Positions 45,008 through 54,700 of a DNA stretch of 64,000 nucleotides are shown here, in pieces; within the stretch, counting starts at the first letter, position 1, and every line of letters starts with the position of its first letter. This DNA is from a virus. Its lineage: Duplodnaviria; Caudoviricetes. Made by a program: the position numbers and the translations under genes. The notes under the pieces are model-generated. The model was not told the DNA's origin and did not search any database. It worked only from the letters and a program-made list of their open reading frames with translations. Location: positions 1-64,000 of IMG/VR virus record IMGVR_UViG_3300045391_004375; one strand, written 5' to 3'.

Positions 45008-45643
45008 GTGGCCGACAAGAAGAACGACACCGACACCAAGGTGGCCGGCGCGGCGGCGAGCACCCGCACCGGCACCCCCCAGGAGGCCGCCCGCGCCGAG
45101 CTGGTCGCAGCCGGGGACACCCCCGGCAACCTCGCCGACGCCCTGCAGGGCCCCAGCTGGGACGCCTGGACCAACGCCCTGGCCAACAGTCCCGACTACG
45201 CCGTAGTCGACGAGAACACCGACCAGCCGGTCCCGCTGGTGGAGCGGTCGCTGCTCGTGCAGTACGGCGACGGGCCGAACGACTACATCGCCACCAACAT
45301 CGAAAACCGGCAGGTCGTGGTCCGCGACGGCAACGACCCGTCCGGCAAGGCGTGGACGTACCCCGAGGACGCCTGGCGCCGGTTCGTGATCCGGCTGCGC
45401 GGCGGCGACCCGGCCGACTACTCCTGGACCGACCCGGACACCGGCCGCACCTACCAGGCCCCCGCGAAGGGCATGTACGAGGCGGCGGCCGAACAGCAGG
45501 AACGCACCAACGCCAGCATTCAGGCCGACCGGGACGCCAACGCGGCAGCCGCCCAGGGCAACCCGCCGGAGGCCGGCGCCGACCGGTCGGTGGCCCAGCC
45601 TGCCGGCACGCAGGCGTCGAAGGCCCAGAAGGCCAACGAGTAG
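45008..45643 (+). CDS. protein with DUF397-like segment
   Basis: VVVRDGNDPSGKAWTYPEDAWRRFVIRLRGG; AGGAGG RBS. Confidence 0.5.
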   Translation: MADKKNDTDTKVAGAAASTRTGTPQEAARAELVAAGDTPGNLADALQGPSWDAWTNALANSPDYAVVDENTDQPVPLVERSLLVQYGDGPNDYIATNIENRQVVVRDGNDPSGKAWTYPEDAWRRFVIRLRGGDPADYSWTDPDTGRTYQAPAKGMYEAAAEQQERTNASIQADRDANAAAAQGNPPEAGADRSVAQPAGTQASKAQKANE

Positions 45644-45891
45644 TGCCCACCCGCGTGAAGGCGACCGTCGATCGGGCGGTCGCCTTCTTCGTCTCCCCCC
45701 TCGTGCAGTTCCGGGCCAACCTGGCCCTGGCCGCCGTGTGGGCGCTGCTGTTCCTGCCCGGGGTGATCTCCTGGCGGGACAGTGTCCCGTTCCTGGTGTT
45801 CGTGTCGATCTACGCCAACTTCGTCGGACACCTGTCCACGGCGGTCGCCTCCATCGCGGCCCGCAAAGCCGACCCGGACGACCCGCTGTAG
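45643..45891 (+). CDS. small membrane protein
   Basis: two TM. Confidence 0.6.
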   Translation: MPTRVKATVDRAVAFFVSPLVQFRANLALAAVWALLFLPGVISWRDSVPFLVFVSIYANFVGHLSTAVASIAARKADPDDPL

Positions 45892-46015
45892 CCGGATGGC
45901 GGTGTGGCCGGCGGCGACCCCTTCCGCACCGTCGTATGCTGGTCGTGGGCGGCGGGACGCGGCCCACCAGGGCCGGGACGGCACACGCGCGTAGCAACGC
46001 GCCCGACGACGGGCG

Positions 46016-46573
46016 GTGGTCAGCATGGTGGACGACGACGGGTACATCGACGGCAGTGACACCGCCCTGGGCGGTGAACTGATGCTGCCGGAAGGCGCCG
46101 GCCGGGGGCGCGGCAAGCGCGCATACCTGGACGAGGACACCATCGCCCAGATCATCCGGGAGCGGCTGAAGGGCCGCCCACTGCGGGAGATCGGCGAAGA
46201 GTTCGGCGTCTCGCGCACGACGGTGCGCAACTACACCGAAGGCCACATCACCCAAAAGGTCAGCGTCGATGTCAGTAAGGTCCGTGCCCGCATCGGCGCG
46301 GAGCTGGAGGCGGCCAAGCACGAGGCGTGGAAGATCTTCATGGCGTTCGACCACCCCAAGATCAAGCTGGATGCCTTGACCCGGGTCGAATCGCTGCTGG
46401 GCAACCAGGCCACCCTGTACGGGGCGAAGATGCCGGTGCGGGTCGACCTCACCATCACCGAGGTGACCGAGGCTGAACGGGAGCTGCAGGAGCTGATCCG
46501 GGAAGCGCAGGCCCGGGTGTCCGGCTCGCGCGCCCAGGTGATCGCCGACGCCACCGCCGACGAGGGGCTGTGA
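46016..46573 (+). CDS. terS: terminase small subunit / HTH DNA-binding protein
   Basis: HTH PLREIGEEFGVSRTTVRNY; helical body; upstream of terL. Confidence 0.65.
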   Translation: MVSMVDDDGYIDGSDTALGGELMLPEGAGRGRGKRAYLDEDTIAQIIRERLKGRPLREIGEEFGVSRTTVRNYTEGHITQKVSVDVSKVRARIGAELEAAKHEAWKIFMAFDHPKIKLDALTRVESLLGNQATLYGAKMPVRVDLTITEVTEAERELQELIREAQARVSGSRAQVIADATADEGL

Positions 46574-46836
46574 TGGGGGTGTACCGGACCGGCCGGAAGT
46601 GCCTGAACCACATCTACCTCCAGGCCGGCCCCGAGCCGGACCACGACAACGATGTGGAGGTGGCCGTCGCGCTCGGCGCCCCCGACGTGGCCAACGAAAT
46701 GGGTCCCCGCATCGTCGAAGCCCTCAACTTTGTGGAACGGTTCAAGCGGGAGCACTGCACCTGCGACGGCGCGTGGTGGGGTGGCGACCACGTGGGCACC
46801 TGCCCGGTCGCCCAGGCGGGAATTGGCCGGCGATGA
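46570..46836 (+). CDS. hypothetical protein
   Basis: coupled between terS and terL. Confidence 0.6.
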   Translation: MMGVYRTGRKCLNHIYLQAGPEPDHDNDVEVAVALGAPDVANEMGPRIVEALNFVERFKREHCTCDGAWWGGDHVGTCPVAQAGIGRR

Positions 46837-48548
46837 CCATCCTGGCCGAGCGGCCGACCGCCCCGGCCGACCGCGACACCGAGCTGACCATCTCGATCGA
46901 CCCGTACGACCCGCGCACCAACGCGGAGAACTTCGACCTCCACGGCTGGCTGGCCACCTTCGACCCGCGCCTACTCGCCCACGCCGAAGGCCGACGCACC
47001 CTCACCGAACTTGACCCGCTTCTGTTCGCGTACGTCTACCTGCGCAAACACCTCAAAGACGCGCTGGGCCTGGTCACCTTCGCCGACGCCCACTTCCTGT
47101 GGGTGCGGGCCGCCCGCCGGCTCATCGGCCCCAGCCGGGGGCCGCGCGAAGACCGGCGGGCGTTCGTCGCGCCCCGGTCCTGCGGCAAAAGCACTTGGTG
47201 GTACCTGGTGGTACCGCTGTGGGCGGGGGCGCACAAGCACACCAAGTTCGCGGCGGCGTTCGCCGACTCCGGCTCGCAGGCCGAGCTGCACCTGGCCACG
47301 TTCAAGGCCGAGCAGGCCGACAATGCGCTGCTGCGCTCCGACTTCACCGACTTCTGCAACCCGGCCCGCCGGCACACCGGCCGGACCGTCGCCGACAACC
47401 AGAACATGCTGCACACCCGGTCCGGCTTCACGTTCGTGGCGAAAGGCATCGACTCGACGTCGCTGGGCATGAAGATGGGCGCCGACCGGCCTGACCTGAT
47501 CATCCTGGACGACGTCGAGCCGCCGGAGGCCACCTACTCGCTGTACCAGCGCAGCCGGCGGCTGTCCACCATCCAAAACGCCATCCTGCCGTTGAACGAG
47601 GCCGCCCGGGTGATCGTGGTCGGCACCGTCACCATGCCCGGCTCGATCATCCACGAACTGGTGCGCCACGCGAAAAGCGAAGGCACCGAAGAGTGGGTGA
47701 CGGACGAGCGGTTCAAAACCCACCACACCCAGCCGATCATCCAGCGGGAAGACGGCTCCGAGCGCAGCGTGTGGCCGGAGAAGTGGCCGATGGAGTACCT
47801 CGACCAGATCCGGCACACCGACAGCTTCAAGCTCAACTACGCCAACGACCCGCGCGGCATCAAGGGCGCCTACTGGTCGGCCTCCGACATCGTCGTACTG
47901 CCGGCCGTCCCGGTGATCACCAGGCAGTTCCTGTTCGTCGACCCGCCGGCCAAGGAGAAGAAGACCTCCGACGAGTGCGGCCTGGCCGTGGTCGGCCTGG
48001 CCCCCGGCACCCAGCAGGACCCGACCGACCTGATCCGCAACCTGATGGGCCTGTCCGCCGGCCAGGCCGGGTTCAGCACCGCCCAGGAACTGCTCGGGGA
48101 GATGCTGCTCGCCGGGGAGAACCTGGGCCAGCAGGCCCGCCTGGACCGGGCGGTGGTGCTCGACGCGTGGGGGGTCCGGGCCACCGGCCACCACCTGAAG
48201 AAGATCATTCTTCAGGTGCTGGGTCGCTGGCCGGGCGTCCAGGCCGTGGTGGTGGAGAACAACCAGGGCGGCGACCTGTGGCTTGACGTGCTGGAAGGTC
48301 TGCCGGTCCGGCTGATCACCTACCCGGCCGTCCAGTCGAAGGAGGTCCGCTTCGCCCGCGCGCTGACCTTCTACCAGAACCGGCGGGTCTGCCACGCCAA
48401 AGACATGCCGCTGCTGGTCGACCAGCTCACGGGCTTCCCCAAGGCGCCCCTCGACGACATCGCCGACGCCGTGGTGGCCGGTGTGCTGCGGCTGCTGTGG
48501 ACCGACAAACGCAAGACCCACAAAAACAAGACCCTCACCCCGCGCTGA
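46833..48548 (+). CDS. terL: terminase large subunit
   Basis: APRSCGKST Walker A, IILDDVE Walker B, FVDP..DECG nuclease, LDDIADA. Confidence 0.92.
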   Translation: MTILAERPTAPADRDTELTISIDPYDPRTNAENFDLHGWLATFDPRLLAHAEGRRTLTELDPLLFAYVYLRKHLKDALGLVTFADAHFLWVRAARRLIGPSRGPREDRRAFVAPRSCGKSTWWYLVVPLWAGAHKHTKFAAAFADSGSQAELHLATFKAEQADNALLRSDFTDFCNPARRHTGRTVADNQNMLHTRSGFTFVAKGIDSTSLGMKMGADRPDLIILDDVEPPEATYSLYQRSRRLSTIQNAILPLNEAARVIVVGTVTMPGSIIHELVRHAKSEGTEEWVTDERFKTHHTQPIIQREDGSERSVWPEKWPMEYLDQIRHTDSFKLNYANDPRGIKGAYWSASDIVVLPAVPVITRQFLFVDPPAKEKKTSDECGLAVVGLAPGTQQDPTDLIRNLMGLSAGQAGFSTAQELLGEMLLAGENLGQQARLDRAVVLDAWGVRATGHHLKKIILQVLGRWPGVQAVVVENNQGGDLWLDVLEGLPVRLITYPAVQSKEVRFARALTFYQNRRVCHAKDMPLLVDQLTGFPKAPLDDIADAVVAGVLRLLWTDKRKTHKNKTLTPR

Positions 48549-48572
48549 CCACTGGCGGAAGGAGACCCCACC

Positions 48573-48839
48573 ATGGCCAAGATGCACGTCGCCCACCGGC
48601 CCCGTCGACACCTGCGCAGCCTCACCGAAGAGGAGCGGCGCGAGCTGGCGGCCACCATCCGCACGATGGCCACCGCCGGGATCTCCGACATGCGCATCGC
48701 CGCGCACCTCGGCCGGGGGGTCGGCTGGATCCGCAAGATCCGCCGGGCGTACGACATCGACCCGGCCACGGTCGCGGTGGGCCGGCTCCCCCGCAGTGGC
48801 ATGATCCAGTTCGATCTCGTCGACACCGACGAGCTGTAG
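48573..48839 (+). CDS. small HTH protein
   Basis: GISDMRIAAHLGRGVGWIRKIRR. Confidence 0.6.
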   Translation: MAKMHVAHRPRRHLRSLTEEERRELAATIRTMATAGISDMRIAAHLGRGVGWIRKIRRAYDIDPATVAVGRLPRSGMIQFDLVDTDEL

Positions 48840-48854
48840 TTCTACCGTGGAGGC

Positions 48855-49070
48855 ATGGCCAGACTGACCGCACGCGGCCGACGCCGGATCAAGGCGAGCA
48901 ACTTCGCGCTGCCCGGCCGCCGCTACCCGATCAACGACCGCTCCCACGCCCGCAACGCCCTCGCCCGGGTCAGCCAGCACGGCACCCCGAAGGAGAAGCT
49001 GGCCGTGCGCCGGGCGGTCGCCCGCAAGTTCAAGGGCATCAAGGTGTCCGGCCTGCGGAAACGCCGCTAG
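48855..49070 (+). CDS. small basic phage protein
   Basis: FALPGRRYPINDRSHARNALAR; GGAGG RBS. Confidence 0.7.
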   Translation: MARLTARGRRRIKASNFALPGRRYPINDRSHARNALARVSQHGTPKEKLAVRRAVARKFKGIKVSGLRKRR

Positions 49071-49146
49071 ACCGGAGATCACTACCCCGCCCACCCTCCG
49101 TACCGTACGCTTTTGCCCAGGTCGTACGGTTGCGGAGAGGTGAGGC

Positions 49147-51180
49147 ATGGCGAAGACGGCACAGAAGAAGCGGCCGTCGCGCAGCGCGCTCGCGCCGAAG
49201 CTGCCGGAGATCCTGCGGCAGGCCCTGCACCCCGACGACGAGCGCCAGGACTCGGTCGACGACATCCTGCACGGATTGAAAGTGCTCGACGCCCAACGGG
49301 AGATCGCCACCGAGGCGGACGTCTTCTACGACGGCGAACTGGGCATGGTGTGGGCCTCGGAGAAGGTGCGCCAGCTCCTGGAACGCCAGGGCGTCGAAGA
49401 CATCAAGGACTTCAACTACGCCGCCGTCCCGGTCGACGTGATCGCCAACCGCCTGGAGATCAACAGTGTGGTTCCGGCGCCCGCCGAAGAGAACGAGGAC
49501 GGCCACCAGGTCGAAGAGGACGCCGCCGTCAAGGCGGCCAAGAAGGCCATCGCCGCCCTGCGCAAAGACAACCAGCTCGACGACGAAGAGGAGCACCTGC
49601 ACCTCAGCGCGAGCAAGCACGGCCAGGCGTTCCTGCTGGTGTGGCCGGTCACCGACGACGTCGGCAACGTGGTCAGCGTCGACATGCGCATGCACGACGC
49701 CCACACCATGGCCATGGTGTACGACCCGGAAGACCTGCTGGTCGCCCAGTACGCAATCAAGGCCTGGGACATCGAGATCGGCGGCCAGACCTGCGTCCGG
49801 GTGAACCTGTACTACTTCGGCGAAGGCAAGCACGGCCGGATCGAACGGTGGGTCACCGAAGGTGGCTCCAACCCGCAGTCGAAGGACGCGTGGCGCCCCC
49901 TCGTGGACGCCGTCGAGCACATCGACGAGTACGACTCGTCGGGCGAGTCCGAGGCCCCCGACCTGGCCGCCGACGAGTTTACCGACGACGAGGACGAGTC
50001 CGGCGACGACATCCCCAACCCGTGGGGCCAGATCGTCTTCCACTTCCGCAACAACCGGCCGATCGGCATCCCCGAGCACCGGCGGGCCTACGGCCCCCAG
50101 CAGATGATCAACAAGTTGATCTTCGCGCACGCCGGCACGATCGACTACCAGAGCTTCCCGCAGCGCTACCAGCTGGTCGACCCGATGGCCGACGACCCGC
50201 TGCAGAACATGGCCGATCCGATGCACCCCGACGACGATGACGACGACCCGGAGACCGAGGCCGGCGGGTCCGGCCTGCGCGCCGACCCGGCCACCGTGTG
50301 GCGGCTGTACGGCAAGAGCGTGGGTGAGTTCCAGGCGGCCGACCCTCAGGTGTTCCTCGGCCCGCTCGACCGCTACGTCAAGTCGATGGCCGAACTGACC
50401 GACACCCCGCAGCACGCGTTCTCGAAGGCCTCGGCCGACATGCCGTCAGGCGACGCGGTCCGGGAGCTGAACGGGCCGATGAACACCAAGGTGCTCAACC
50501 GGCGCCGCCGCTACGGTGCCACCTGGCAGGACAGCTACGAGAAGGCCCTGGAAATGATGGGCATCGAAGGTATCACCGTCGATGTCCGGTGGGCGCCCCT
50601 GGAAGTGGTCGCCGACGCCCAGGGCTGGGAAGTCGTCCAACTCAAGATCAACGCTGGGGTGCCGGTCGAGCAGGCCCTGGAAGAGACCGGCTACTCCTCC
50701 GACATGGTGGAAGGCTGGCTGAAAGACGCCACCGGCGCCGACCTGGGCCGGCGGGTCGCCCTGCTCAACCAGATCGGCACCGCTGTGCAGACCATCGGCG
50801 CCGGTATCGCGCTCGGCGCGGTCTCCAAAGAGCAGGCGCAGGCGGTCATCACCGGCATACTGAAGCTGACCATGGAAGGGGCCGACGTCGAGCTGCCGGA
50901 GAACCCGGACGACTTCGTTGACCCGCAGGCCCAGCAGGCTGCCATGCTGCAGGCCCAGCAGGAGCATCAGCAGACCCTCCAGCAGGCCCAGCACCAGCAC
51001 GCCACCGCCACCCAGCAGGCCGGCCACGAATTCCAGGCCCAGCAGTCCGAGGTGTCGTTCCAGCGCATGCAGGAGCAGATGCGTCAGGGCCGGCCGATCG
51101 GCGGCGGCCCACCGGGTGGTCAGCCACGCAACGGTCGTCCGGCCCGGCCCGGCCAGCCCCCCCGAGGTGGTCAGCAGTGA
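49147..51180 (+). CDS. portal protein (SPP1 gp6-like)
   Basis: follows terL; FYDGE..FNYAAVPVDVIANRL..HFRNNRPIG..PQRY. Confidence 0.85.
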   Translation: MAKTAQKKRPSRSALAPKLPEILRQALHPDDERQDSVDDILHGLKVLDAQREIATEADVFYDGELGMVWASEKVRQLLERQGVEDIKDFNYAAVPVDVIANRLEINSVVPAPAEENEDGHQVEEDAAVKAAKKAIAALRKDNQLDDEEEHLHLSASKHGQAFLLVWPVTDDVGNVVSVDMRMHDAHTMAMVYDPEDLLVAQYAIKAWDIEIGGQTCVRVNLYYFGEGKHGRIERWVTEGGSNPQSKDAWRPLVDAVEHIDEYDSSGESEAPDLAADEFTDDEDESGDDIPNPWGQIVFHFRNNRPIGIPEHRRAYGPQQMINKLIFAHAGTIDYQSFPQRYQLVDPMADDPLQNMADPMHPDDDDDDPETEAGGSGLRADPATVWRLYGKSVGEFQAADPQVFLGPLDRYVKSMAELTDTPQHAFSKASADMPSGDAVRELNGPMNTKVLNRRRRYGATWQDSYEKALEMMGIEGITVDVRWAPLEVVADAQGWEVVQLKINAGVPVEQALEETGYSSDMVEGWLKDATGADLGRRVALLNQIGTAVQTIGAGIALGAVSKEQAQAVITGILKLTMEGADVELPENPDDFVDPQAQQAAMLQAQQEHQQTLQQAQHQHATATQQAGHEFQAQQSEVSFQRMQEQMRQGRPIGGGPPGGQPRNGRPARPGQPPRGGQQ

Positions 51181-51785
51181 GCTGGGAAGAGGCGCTGCAC
51201 CCGCGCGACGAGTACGGCCGGTTCCGGCTGCGCGGCCTGACCGGCCGGTGGCGGCCCCACGCCAACGGCGAGACGTTCACCGACGCCCGGGGGCGGACCT
51301 TCGACTACGAAACCGGGTACATGCTCGACACCAACGCCATGCGGGGCGGCTGGATGCGGGTCGGTGACCTCCCGGCCGGCGTAGCCGATCAGGCCCCGGG
51401 TGGTCGACGCCGCCCCGGGGACCTGTCGAGCGGGGGTGCCTGGCACAAGCCGGGCGAGTACGGGCCGGGGCATGTGCCGATCTTGCGTACCGAGTACGGC
51501 ACGCCGCTGTCGTCGCTGCAGCCGGAGGACACCAAGACGTTGAAGTTCCGGCGGTCCACCGGCACCTCCTTCCGTCACGAGGTGTTGGCCGAGATCCTGA
51601 ACCGACGTACCCACGACCGCCTTGTGATCACTAACCCGAGCGAGGCGGCCCCGGAGGTGCGGGGATCGCACCTGTCCAGCCCGCTGAACCCGGTGGGTCG
51701 GCGGCGAGCCGCCAAGCAACGTTCGAAGCGTAGGAACAGTACGACCTGGATCCAGCGGCTGAATAACCAGATCGAGGGACGGTAG
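51177..51785 (+). CDS. HPRD-motif head-module protein
   Basis: N-terminal WEEALHPRDEYGRF. Confidence 0.65.
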   Translation: MSWEEALHPRDEYGRFRLRGLTGRWRPHANGETFTDARGRTFDYETGYMLDTNAMRGGWMRVGDLPAGVADQAPGGRRRPGDLSSGGAWHKPGEYGPGHVPILRTEYGTPLSSLQPEDTKTLKFRRSTGTSFRHEVLAEILNRRTHDRLVITNPSEAAPEVRGSHLSSPLNPVGRRRAAKQRSKRRNSTTWIQRLNNQIEGR

Positions 51786-51787
51786 CC

Positions 51788-54700
51788 ATGGGGAAGCGCA
51801 GCCTGCGGGCCCTGCACTGGGTGGAGGCCAAGCACCCCCGCGACGACCGGGGCCGCTTCTCCCACAAGGGTGGCCAGAAGTGGGCCCGGAAGGTCGCCGA
51901 CGAGCTGGGCGCCCGGTTCGGCGATATCCACATGGGCGCGGCCCCCGGCCGTGAGCCGCAGGGCAAGCTGCAGTCGTCCAAGGCCGGCGGGTTCCTGCTG
52001 AACACGAAGGCGGCATCGGCGGCCGGCCGGGACGCCGGGATGCGCGCGGAAGGCCACCGGCTGGTCACCGAACTGGGCGGGATCCGCAAGGAGCGGGGCA
52101 CCGGCGGCGGCAGCCCCGAGGGAATGCGCGAAGCCCTGAACAACAGCTCGGGCAGCTCCCTGAAGGCGACGGTCGCCCAGCTGCGCACCCACGTGCAGCA
52201 AGAAGGCGGCTGGCTGAAGGAGGAGCGGGCGGCGTCCGCCGGCACGATCTCGGTGGGCGACCTGAAGAAGGGCGACCACGCGAAGCTGGTCGGCCAGGAC
52301 GCCTACGGCAAGCAGATCTCCCTGAACGGCTACGTGCAGGGCGTCGGTGACGTCAACGTCCGCAAGGGCCGCAACCGCACCCCGATGAAGGCTGTTCAGG
52401 TGGCCGAGACGCCGTCGGGGGGCGGCGGCTGGCGGGGCACGGTGTACGTCAAGCCGGACCACATGGCCGAGAAGACCACGCCGAAAGCCGACGTGGCGCG
52501 CCTGGAGGGCCGCCGGCCGGGCGGAACGGTCCAGGTGGTCAACCCGGACGGCAAGGGCGGCTTCAAGGTCGAGGGGCGGATCACTCGGGAAGAGGCCGCC
52601 CGGCAGATGGGACTTGACAAGCCGGTTGGCGGCCGGAAGCCTGGAGGGGTGACCACCACCACGCCGAAGGCTCGCGAGCGGCGCGCCGAAGAACTGCGCA
52701 TCAGCAATGACCCGAAGGACAACGGCGCCAAGATCAAGGCCATTCAGGACGGCACGCTGGCCAGCGCCAGCCTGTACCGCAAGGTGGCCGCCGGCCCGAG
52801 CGGGCAGCGCTCCAACGTCGCCATGGGCCACATCCGGCACACCCCCGACAACCCGTCGGGTGAGTTCCAGATCAGCGACAGCGATGGGCGGCTGGTCGGC
52901 TGGGCGTCGCACACGGTCCGCAATGGCGAGCCGGTATTCTCCGTGCACTCCGAGAACTACGACGGGGAGCACCGCCTGGAAGGCTGGGCTGGGGAGCTGT
53001 CCACGGCCGCCGACGTGCTCATCAACGGTGAACACGCGGCCCGGGGCCGGCACGATTCCGAGCGCATCTCGAAGGGTTCCTTCGAGTCGTACGCCGGCAA
53101 GAACATGTCGGTTGACCAGCTGGAGCGTCACGGCAACCGGCAGGAACTAGCCAAGGTCAACAAGGAGCTGGAGAACCCGGACCTTGCTCCCACCATCCGC
53201 GCCAGCCTGGAGCGGAAGCGGACCCAGCTGGAGGCCGACTTCGCCGAGATGATCGGTGCGTCGAAGACCCCCACGCCCAAGGCCCCGGAAGCGCCCCAGG
53301 ATCGGCGCATGGCCGAAGTTACCCGCATCGAGAACGCGCGAGCCAACTTCGGCAAGGGCGAGGCCTCCAAGGCCACCGAGGTGGGCCGCAAGCCGGGCGG
53401 CGGTTACCAGTACAGCGACTACTCCAAGGCCCACCACGACATGGGCAACCTGACCGTCGCCGAGGCTGGATTGCCCGACAAGGGCGCGGTGCACTCCCAG
53501 TACCAGGGGATGCTGCGCAGCATCAACGAACTGAAGCGGCAGGGCCCGGCCCGGGTCGGCTCGAAAGACCAGTACTACCGGCCGATGACCCGCAAGCTCG
53601 AAGAGGCCGCCCAGTACGTGCACGAACACGAAGGCAACCCCGACACGGTGGCCAAGCTGCGGGCCCTCGCCGACATCCACCGCCCCCACACCGACACCGC
53701 CCCCAAGCTGGTCAGCGGCGCCGACATCCGCTCGCAGCGGGCCGCCATGGCCTCCAGCCTCGGCGTCGACATGAACGACCCCAACCGGTGGACCCGCAGC
53801 CTCGGCGACGTCCGGCAGGAAGTCATCAGCAAGGCGATTCGGGACATTCCGCAGTACTACACGCACAAAGACCTGATGGACGCCCAGCAGCGGCTCAAAG
53901 ACACCTCGATCCACGACACGGAGGCGATGGACGCCGCCGCGCTGAACCTGCACCGCATCGGCGACGAGATCCGGGCTAAGCAGGACGACCTGAAGGCCGT
54001 CGGCACCCGGTTCCGGACCGCCCTGGAGGCGGCCGGCGGCCTGGCCGACCAGGAGGCCGCCGTCAAGGCCGACCTGCGCCGGATCAAGAAGGAGAACGGC
54101 ATCCCCGGCGATGCGGCCATCAAGAAGTTGCCGAACGGTGAGCGGCAGGCCGCCGAGGCCGCCCTGTTCGACATCCAGAAGGCCACCCGGGCGCGGGTGG
54201 CCCGGGAGAACAACCTCAAGCAGGCCAAGATCGGCCGGGAAGTGCTGGCCAAGGGCGGCATGCACCCGGACAACGCCGCCGAGCTGGAAAAGCGGATCAA
54301 GAACGTTGAGGGGGGCGCGACCGCCGAGCAGGTGGCCCGGGACGAGCGCGAACGGGACCTGGCCCTGGCCGTGTGGCGACACGCCAAAGACAACTCCGGC
54401 ACGACCGGCGAATACCCGGCTGACCACCTGAAAGGTCTCGACGCCGAGGAGCAGATGGCGGTCACCGTGATGGCCCGCAACGTCGGCCTGAACGCCGCCG
54501 ACGAGCTGGCCCAGGATCTGCGCGGCCAGAAGGGCCTCAAGGCGCCGAAGGCGAACACCGACTACACCGGGTTCAGCGAGTCGCAGACCCGGGCCCTGCG
54601 CTCGATCGAGAATGACCCGCTCCGGCACGCCCAGGTGCGGGAAAACTTCGGCCAGGCCAACGCCGCGCGGGCCGCCGACGAGGCGAAGCGGGCCAAGGAG

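Noticed and set aside
48000-48150. Intein in terminase large subunit
   Set aside because: About 50-aa insertion lacks N-terminal C/S and His-Asn ends and is too short
48573-49070. Amber read-through fusions as established features
   Set aside because: In-frame neighbours are expected by chance in GC-rich DNA and downstream genes have their own RBS; kept only as a test under the tRNA finding
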